A stretch of 64,000 nt of DNA from Schmidtea polychroa. Its lineage: Eukaryota. The stretch covers positions 41,418,001 through 41,482,000 of the forward strand of contig CM097885.1 in NCBI GenBank assembly GCA_044892525.1, read 5' to 3'. This document shows, one piece after another, positions 12,835 through 64,000 of the stretch; within the stretch, counting starts at the first letter, position 1, and every line of letters starts with the position of its first letter. The translations under genes were made by a program, and so were the position numbers. Below the pieces are notes generated by a model. The model did not search any database. It was not told the DNA's origin and worked only from the letters and a program-made list of their open reading frames with translations.

Positions 12835-13199
12835 TGTTGGCACCTATCTATCGATGAAGTTAAAAATTAATTCTAAGTACAACCAAATAACCTATAAAAG
12901 GGAGAAAACCTAGAAAAAACAGAAGAAATTAGACGAAAAAATATTACAGGGATTAAAGAAATCAAATTGAAATTAAAGTTACCGATCGATTGATACAAGC
13001 CTATTGAAGAAGTTCGATTGAAGAAGCAGTTTAGTGATTATTAATTTGAACTATTTCTACTGCTGCTATAAGTCTTGAAGTTCAAGTGATGTATCCTTTG
13101 TGTAATTGTGCTAGCATAAATCAAATCCATTGTAATTATAATGGGCAATAAATATTGGTAATATCGAGAACTTATTATTGTTATTAATATTTCAAGACA
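12835..13199 (+). mobile_element. Possible solo-LTR fragment
   Basis: TATAAAAGGG near 12893, AATAAA at 13147, ends ...CAAGACA; left boundary and TSD not established. Confidence 0.25.
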
Positions 13200-14344
13200 C
13201 ACTTGTTGTGAGATCAATAATTGATAATATTTAATTTCACCAGCAAAATCAACAATTTGGTCATTTGAATCAGTAAACGACTCCTAGATCATTGGTACGC
13301 AGTTATCACCAACATTTATTAGTGGGAAGAAAGATCACACGTGGCCAAACCATTTATCAAATTAAATTGGTTTTCATTGTCTTATTTTTCTCAATTTAAA
13401 TCATCTAAATTTGTTCGCCTAACTAACAAAATGTGTTGTTTCCTAATAATTATATAATTAATAATAGTAGTTGAAGTCACAGTTCTTCCAACAGTTTCTC
13501 ACTTTCCTAACAACAATATAAAAGTTTATTTTCCTTCATTATCAACTATTTTCAATTGAATCATTACTATATATATTTTAATAAAATGCTATTTCTTAAT
13601 TATTTTTTACACCTAATCCAATGCTTCTCAAAGTTGGTGATTCCGCCTTCTAAAGAATGTAAGATTTTGCAGTGCTCAAAATGATTGAGGGTATTTGTTT
13701 ATTGAAATAGTATTGCATTTAAGATTGCTTTGATCAAAACAATTGGGCTGAACAGAAAACTAATGTTAAAGCACTAAATTGTCTGGATGTTGTTAAAAAT
13801 GCAATTTTCTAGTGTATAAATTATTACTTACAGATATTAACCCATTACACGAGATATCAAAGTAATTAAATATTTCTATAATTTACGCATGTCCACATTT
13901 ATTTGGTTTCAATATATATTTATAGCCCGTGAAAAGAGATATACATATGGAAAAGACAACCGATATAAATGAAAACTTCAACCATTGATGCAAAAATAGT
14001 AGTCGGAGAAAAGCCTGCATTTTCCTTGAGCCTTATTACAATGATTTTTTATTATTTAAATTTTAATCCTAATCCTCAACATTTGTAATAAATATCGCTT
14101 TCTTGTTCATATATTGCAAAATATATTATTAAGTCATTTGAAATTTGTTTTGAAATTTCGTTAATTTTCATTTCTTTCGCACTTTATCAATGTTTTGTTT
14201 TCTATTCATCTTTTAGAGATAAATGTTTTAAATCTATAGATTTTTACTTAATTATTAATTTTCATTTCTAACCTCCCACAGAATCCCTCTTCACGTTACC
14301 TTAAAATTCACTTATATTAAAACGAGCATTAATTTTTTAAAAAT

Positions 14345-14830
14345 GAGAATTAAACGTAACGTTTAGTGCTCTCAAGATTTACTGTGGTTGTTTTGAAATT
14401 GTTAAAAAGTGGTCAAAAGAGCGGGATCCAAAAGACATAAATTCAAAATGTTACAAGGAAGAAACAACTATTCAACTTTCACATTGTAACAAACAATAAA
14501 GTGATTTCAATACCAGATACTGATAAAGAGACTACAAAATCAGGGAAACTGTTAAAATCTCAGATAAACATATAAAACGCTACGAAAATGGTCGATTTAA
14601 TACTTTCGAGACAATTCGGCATTTGATGTATGCCCCTACCAAACAATGGAGAAATATGGAATAAGTACGTGTCCTACATTTCTAAAGCACTATATTTACA
14701 AACATATGGTTGTTATCATGATAAGAATATAGTATTGCAAACCACCACCAGAGACAAAAATGTCGATATTGGAACCAAGCGCAAGAAAGGAAGACCTTCG
14801 AAAGCTAAAATAGCTTTACTAAGACAATAA
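14345..14830 (+). pseudogene. MULE/MuDR-type transposase C-terminal fragment with SWIM zinc finger
   Basis: RLVLSRF...EIVKKWSKERDP...TCPTFLKHYIYKHMV...YCKPPPE..VDIGTKRKKGRPSKAKIALLRQ* across frameshifts. Confidence 0.75.
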
Positions 14831-15546
14831 CAATTTTATAAATAATGTTGTGATTTTTCAATTTCAAAATAATATTAAATAATGGTCTTTTATTTGTCTA
14901 ATGTTTTATCTTAAATTGACTTATGTATTTTTTCATTTAAATTAATGCTCATTCAATATATTATTATTGCTCATTCAATATATTAATGCTCAATTGAATA
15001 CTATCCCTTAAAATTATTTGCCATTTATCGTTTTCCCCAGTAACCATTCCTCCTTCCTTCCAGATGATGACGTTATCTAAATCAGGCTTGTGCACCGTGA
15101 ATAGAAGTGCAAGTGACAACCAATCGATATTATATGACCTGCAGCACAATTGTGCGGAGTTGAGAAAATAATTGCAATATAAAAATCAACGGACAAAAAG
15201 CACAATTTATCGATAAGAACCAAATTATCATCAAACAAATATCGATCAACATTTATTGGTTCGCAATTCATTTATAAAAATCGTAACAAAATAGAGAATA
15301 AACTGTATATTCACAATATTATATAAAACAAAATATGTATAAAATCACGGATCAAAATTACACATCAAAATTGGGGTCGATAAAATAGTAATTATCATCG
15401 ATTAATGACATCAGAGCACATAGCTAACGAAAAAAAGTATTTTTATATACATTTTACAAACTTTATTATTATTTTTTATTGAAAATATGACTACGGATGT
15501 GGGAAATAAAGAGTTGAGCTGGTTGAAGATATTTCTAGACAATCAA

Positions 15547-57079
<41,533 letters not shown>

Positions 57080-58750
57080 CTAAATAAACAAAATAAATGT
57101 TATCATTTTAAATAGTTCATTATAGTAGAAATATTTTAATGAAAATGTGGATAATTTTTTTTGCGGACAAGGGGAAAAAGTTCCTCGACATGGCTTTCAA
57201 ATCAAACGTGGATCGTTGAAGAAAGCGTATCAGTGTTATTATTTAGCAATAAATCCTTCATATTTGTCTTGTTGATTATAAAATATTCGGATTCAATAAC
57301 TTTATCATTTCAATGCGAGTCTTAAGACTTTCTAGTTTTACCATGTGTTTATATTATAGTTAATCTTTAAATAATTTTCGGTTCTAGAAACTTAAACGCC
57401 CAGAGATGAAATTTTTGTTGGACCGGACCCCTTCAAGTTGTCAGTTTTGCAAACTAATTAAATTCATATAAATATCGCATTTTACAAAAATTATTTTTTA
57501 CTTTCAATCCCATTTGCCTAGAACTGTTTACGTTTCCATGACTTTGTGGCAACAATTCAAATTTCAAAAACTTTAATTTTTTAATTAAATTACCTAATTT
57601 TCATAATTAACTTAATACACCAAATTTAACATCTCTTGAGCTATATTTCCTTCTAATCTTTATAACACTTGACTAATAATTGTGTCAATTTTACTTGGAA
57701 AATTGATCATCAAAGATAAGTTTTAATTAATTTTGAGAAACTTAATAATATAGTTTTCTTTTATCAGCATCAATTCACAACAAAATAATTTATAAATGAT
57801 ATGCTAGTGCGTATTTTTATATAGAAATATTAATTTACAGAATATCTCAGAGAACCACTGTGATAAGCTTTTACATCAAGTTTTTCAAAACAAAAATGAG
57901 AATTGATATTTTTTAACTGAATTATCCGCCTTTCCTCCGCTATTTGTTGGTTTTATTATTATTTTTCATGGTTCGGAGCCATGCGTTTTGAAATTTTGTT
58001 AAAGACAATCACTAACTTATATTTATAATAAAAATCTAAATGAGTGAAACAAATTTCCCAATACATAAAAGTTTGTGTGATTCCTAAATTGTTATTTTTA
58101 ATCCTTTACTATATTTTGATGCACAAATGCAACGGTAACTAACAATCTCAATAAATATGGATTGAAGATTCATCCTAACCCTAACCCCCAAACTACTTCT
58201 AATTATAATATCAAGGTCAATCATGTTCAATAATATAATCATACAAATTTATCAATTACATATTAATAAAATAGTTGTTATTTTAAAAATATGTGAGCCC
58301 AAAATCCCATATCCCAGAAAGTTTCAACAAAAATATTGTCACCCGGCCGTTAAATTTAAACCTTTTTAAAGACACAGCCCACCTTAGTCTTTCACTATTT
58401 ATATTTTTTATAAAATATTGATATATATATATATATATATATATACATGGGGTTGTATATGGGTTTTGTTCCACATAATTTAGCGGTCCTGGTTAAGAAT
58501 CATTGCTATGAACTCCTCTAAAAACGAATTGGAAGAAGTCATTGCGTAAGGAATTATTACTTTTTATGTTTCCATATAAAATCTTAATGAAAATTAATTA
58601 AGGGCAGCAAGGAATAAAAACAATTTCCCTTTCGCAAAACAAATCAATATATAAAGTGAATTTTCAAATTTTTGCGAATGATAGAAAATTTTAATTGACA
58701 TTCATTAGAAAATTTTAATTTAAAAAAAAAAAATTATTATGTAAATAAAT

Positions 58751-60709
58751 GTAAACACAATTATTGATGGAATGGAAAATCCGATGGAAAATACTATTAA
58801 ATTTAGCCTCACATTGACGGTGCTTTAATTCAGTAAATAAAACTACAAATAAACAACTAATAAACACTGGCATAGATTGATGAAAAGTATGTTTTGTTTT
58901 TATTCGAAACGAAACCTAGACAAAATATACAAAGAAGTTATGCGTGTGTAAACAAGTTGTTTTTCTGATTAGATAACATTGAGATTAGATTTGTGAATTA
59001 GTGTTGTTTGAAGAGTGCGTAGAATCGGTAAACATTTTTCTTTCTGCTTTTGTCAACAACTGCGCGTTTGTAAGGTATACGAATGAATGTATGAATTGCG
59101 CATTTCTGCTTTATTGGCTTTCGAGTGTCAAGCAAAACAACAATGAGGAAATAAATTGAAAACAACAAAATATAATAAGTCAACAAAAACAAAGTTTTTT
59201 TTTATATAATAAATTTCAAACTGTTTTGTTGTTTAAATCCCAGCGAATAATAAATCATAGATGTTGACCTTTAATCAGTGTTGAAACGATGGAGTGTTTA
59301 CGTGTTTGTTTGTTATTGATAGAAAATAACAATAAAATTGTTTATTTATTCAAATATCGATTAGGGTTTAATAAGATTATTTCTCCCTTAACTTATGGTG
59401 ACAAACCTTTGATTTGGACTTCAGATATTTATTGGCAACTGACATTTGTTCTGGAGAAGATAAATCTTGGTTTAATTTAATCGAAATGTTTTTTTTAATT
59501 ATAAATTTAGAGCAACACAAAACCTCTTTACTTCATTGACCAACAAAATCTATTACTTTTATCTTAAGAGAAGTAAGTTGAAAGTTTATAACACAGACAA
59601 ATACAATAATTAAAATAATTTATAAAATAAAAAAGTTAAAATTATGTAAATTCTGTATATGTTTAGTCTTTCTATGTGTTGTTTACAATAATTCTTCAAT
59701 TTTTTCTAGTAAAAAATTTTCCCATGAGGGTCAATTCATGATTTTAATTGATCTCGATTTTCAGAAGGTTATAAAACGGTAGTGCAAAAACAAAGATGTA
59801 TATTAAACCAATATTACTCTTAACATTCCTAAAATGTGAATTAATTTAAATATCTACAAATATACAGTGCAACTCGATTAAAACAAACATCACATGGATT
59901 ATATAAATTTTCTCGTTGTAACTGTGAATGACGAAAATCAATAAAATAACATTTAAAACACATAACAGTATCATTAAAACAAAAATAATATAATATTGTT
60001 AAATTGGCAGTATTGGTGTTTACTATATCCTAATCAGATAATTTTGAAAATTAATGTAGATAATTAAATTATAAAATACTGTCTTCTTTTATTAAATAAA
60101 AAGAAAAATAAAGAACTCAAATTTTATTGGACTAGCCAGTAAATTTTTAACTTTAAAATTTAGAATGAATTTATTTAAAATCCGAAAAGAAGTTATTTTC
60201 CTTTAATATTGACACTTTTTAAAAAAGTTAAGAAATATTTTATATGTAGTAGCCTTAAATTCACGAACAGAATATATAATAGATTCATATTTTTTTTTGA
60301 TATTTCTTTTATCACTTTTATGTATAATTGTAAAGCTTTAAAAGAAACTACGAATAATTTTGAAGCAATATTAATGATATTTACTATTATTTTATATTAT
60401 TTCAAAAAATCTTTATTTTTAATTGTTTATATAATGATTATTTATATAAAAAATAAATGTTTGAAAATAGGTTAAATCATTTGTTACTAGTTTTTACTTC
60501 AAAAAAGGTTTTATTCCAGGATAATAATGAAAACATAATTTTCTTTAAATAAAATGATAGAAAGTTTTCTCTGAATCTCTAAAAAAAACTATCTATTATT
60601 ACAACGTAACTCAAATTTGAAAAATTTATTAAAAAAACAAATAAAAAACCAATATTTTAATTTACACCTGTACGTGAACGACTGCCAATAATTTAGGAAT
60701 TTGTAAACA
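58751..60709. promoter_or_regulatory. Cluster of forkhead-binding motifs (GTAAACA/TGTTTAC) 5' of the first detected FoxP exon
   Basis: Exact motifs at 58751, 58948, 59028, 59295, 59680, 60017 and 60703. Confidence 0.35.
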
Positions 60710-61191
60710 AAACAATTAAAATAAAAATTTAGGCGATATAATTTTCATACATTTATTTACAAGCTAATAAGAGAGAATATTTATTTGATAAAAATATCGA
60801 CGTATTAAATGTATAATATTATAAATTGCAAAAATTCAATGTCATTCGTTTAGTGATAACTAAGAAATCTTGCCGATTATTTTATGACATTTCTTTGGAT
60901 AAATTAAACTATCAAATGAAGAGAAAAGAAATTGAAAATAGATCAATGGAGAAAAAGATCCAATATTTGACATATATCATGAGATCTAGAATACTTGACC
61001 GAGTCTTTTTAAATAAAAAAAGGGTAGGAATAGACAAAACATTTGCGTGGAAGTATGTCAAATATACATAGAGTCAAACATTTCATATGTCTAAATTGAA
61101 CATTTGGAAAGTTATTTATGAACTTATTCATATTTCATATAATTAAATATTCAAGTAATAAACAAATTTTAATTTTCGCTTTCCTTTGATA

Positions 61192-61225
<34 letters not shown>

Positions 61226-64000
61226 TGTTTGTCATGAACCAAAATGACAGATTTCCTAAAATTTTACAAGACATAAAATAGAGCATTCATTAAACATTGA
61301 TAGTAAGAGAAGAAATAGACCTATTATATTTTTCATAAATATCTCATGAATACGATGCAATTGTTTATTATTGATATTGTTATTTTCTCTACTATCTTTT
61401 GTCATTCTAAGATATGATTTTCTACAAAAGAAAAGTCAAAAAAATTTATCCTTAAATGTTTATCACATAACAAATATTATTAAAGTTTTTCGATTCATTT
61501 AAACAATTATTTTTTAATATTCAATCAACATTGTTATTATAAATTTCAGGTTCAATGAATTATTTGATAGTAGAAAAAATTAATAAATAATTAATAAATG
61601 ATAAAATGTTTTCTTGCAAGTTTTCTGAAGTAAAGTTTTTTAAATTGCTCCAAAATCTTTAAACTTTTTCAAGTGCTGAAATTTACATTTCATAATGTTT
61701 AATGTTATTATGTAATTCAAATAGTTTTTTACTATAAAGATTCATTGACAAGATTCAGCGAAAACTTTGGTCCATTAGTACCTTCAAAGATGCAGAGTCA
61801 TGGAAATTTGATAATCAACAAGAAAATGACAAAATATTTGTGGGATCTTGCTGAATTGTATTATTTAATTAATAAAATGGGAGATTAACTTTTATAATTT
61901 GACAAATTATTTTCACTGGTATTCCGATACATTTTTTCAAATGTAGTTTTCTTGGGAAATTTATTATATTTCTAATAATTGAGTTTATCGGTAAAGATAA
62001 TTTAACAATTACTAATCTGACTCCAAGTATTTTTTTTAAATAACAACAACAATGAAATCCGAATGATATACATTTTATTGACTACAATAATTTTAATCAA
62101 TTTAAACACAAGTTCCCGACATTTATTAAAATGTGAAGTTAATAAAATTTTCAGCGTGTTTGGATATTAATGATTTCATTGATAGGAATTAGTTCTCCAC
62201 CTGGCTCCTCGAGTTTGATAATTAACCAATTCGAACTCGAATACCAACAAAATAACTTTATTTCAAACCACACTGCATACACTAGATTTTACTTTATTTA
62301 CCTAAGCTTTGCTTCTTTGACTTTACTTTTTAATTGGAATTAATTCACTTTAACGTTATTCGATTAAAACTGGCAAATTTAACTTTCGCTTTCGGATTTG
62401 TTACAAATTTCCTCCCTCCATATATTTTACAATTAATCCTGCAATGTTGGGTTTATTTTAAATTAAATAATTTATGGTCAATTTAGCCTGACATCTCGCA
62501 TTTCGAGACTCCAACACAGTATTAGGTTTATTTTCCCTGATTAATTGTATTTCCCATTAAACTGACTTCACCGAGTTTCTCCATGATTTATGGGTTTGCC
62601 TAAAATAATTTATTATTTTTTGGTTCCTGACTTTTATAGAAATCTCTCATCAATTTAAAATTATTTTATACGTCTTTAAAATTTCATTAGCCACCGGTTA
62701 CCACGTTTTCCACCGACAAATTTTTACTTTTTTCGAATTTTAATTAATTTTTAATTGATTTTGATAGTTTGTGATTTTTATTTTTTAATTGATACATTTT
62801 GTATATCCCAAACATGCGATGTGTGTATATGTGTAAAATAGCCCCAAAATCAATGGAGACCTCCGAAAATTATGAAATAAATTTTCTCACATACTTAGAT
62901 TTATATAAGTTTGAATCCACATTTTCCACATCCAAAAATCATCTTAAACTTAACAAGGTTAATTTAGGACCACTATGTGTCTGATAACCTTTTGGGAGAA
63001 ACATCACTATTAAATATTATCAATGGTCATACGATTAGTAGTTGCTGTCTGGCATATCGCAGATTAATTAATCGTCGCTTTCCTTTCTTTTAATTGATAA
63101 AAAAACTGTTTTTAGAAAGGTTTTCCTTTAATTTTATTTTGATAATCGCATAGTTACAACTTCCTTTAAACTTATGCCATTATCAACATGGGCTCACTTT
63201 AAAAAATGTTCCAATAATTATATTATTAAATATAGGATATCATACAGTAATGAGATAAACGCGTTGAATAGCATTGTAAAATGGTAATCAATCTTGCCGA
63301 AAATCAACTATTTTTTGTTTTAATAAGATGAATTTTAAAATCATGTAGAATCAATCATTAGTGTATATATCAATTTTATCAATATAAATATTCGGATTTT
63401 TGTAGTAAAAATCAAATATTTACAGTTAATTTAAAGAAAACCAAATCATTTTAGATCAATTAGAAAATGCCGATATGACAAAAAAATTAAATCAGAATTA
63501 ATAAATAAATATAAAAACGAAACATCATCAAATTCGAAACAAGTATCAATTTACTAACATAAAGAATCAGGAAATGTACTAGTGGTGTGATAATTTTGGT
63601 AAAATTATAATTTATAATTTTTGTTTTTATTAATTGATCAACTTCATCTAAACAAAATAAAATTTGTTAGTAAATAATTTTAATAAAATTTACCATGGAT
63701 ATCACCATGAAATTTTTTTAATTTTAACGATAGTTGTTTTAATCAAACAATATTATTCAGTTTGTTATTATTCAAACCTTTTTTACCAAATAAAAAAATA
63801 TTTTACACTTTACAAATTTATATTAAAAGAAATTTAAAATTTAATGAAATTTAAAACAATAAAACAAAATACAAAAGGTAACCGACAAACATAAAGTCAT
63901 TCATTGCCTTAATTTTAAACTATAAATTATAAATTTTTATTTATTTAACAAGAGTTTTCATCAAATACATTTTGAAGTGAATTCTATATAAAATGCAAAA

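Noticed and set aside
58175..58189. cctaaccctaacccc telomere-like motif
   Set aside because: Only about two units, which is expected by chance.
60826..61071. ORF resembling the 3' end of an RTE-type LINE (similar hints near 7640-7860 and 14960-15150)
   Set aside because: Similarity is too degenerate to call by eye; not a host gene.
61780..62420. Candidate upstream FoxP exons (donor-like sites near 61780 and 62300)
   Set aside because: In-frame stops or no ATG; could be UTR exons but cannot be supported without transcripts.

Overview
Very AT-rich eukaryotic (animal) genomic DNA. The 45-nt minimal introns, abundant (AAT)n/(TA)n tracts and the FoxP sequence suggest a triclad planarian such as Schmidtea or Dugesia; the taxon is inferred, not shown. 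A minus-strand FoxP transcription-factor gene dominates the window. I reconstructed 9 phase-compatible GT-AG exons from 57079 to 15547, encoding a poly-N region, C2H2 zinc finger, leucine zipper, Q-rich region, forkhead domain and acidic tail (about 617-633 aa). Its 5' end may lie further upstream. Downstream of FoxP is a compact, intact 3-exon gene (9083-8223, minus, 256 aa) with two 45-nt phase-0 introns, encoding one recognisable and possibly two divergent Sm/LSm-like folds. An orphan Cys-containing ORF occurs twice in inverted orientation: 6604-7225 (minus, frameshifted) and 27683-28201 (plus, antisense inside a FoxP intron). The remainder is dense with transposon relics: a decayed full-length hAT and a hAT MITE nested in a Gypsy-like gag-protease remnant, several other hAT MITEs with 8-bp TSDs, mariner, IS630/Tc1-like, MULE/SWIM, Merlin-like and piggyBac remnants, a Stowaway-like MITE, and an unusual TG...CA element with two outward-facing promoter-like halves. 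A cluster of forkhead-binding motifs lies just 5' of the first detected FoxP exon.
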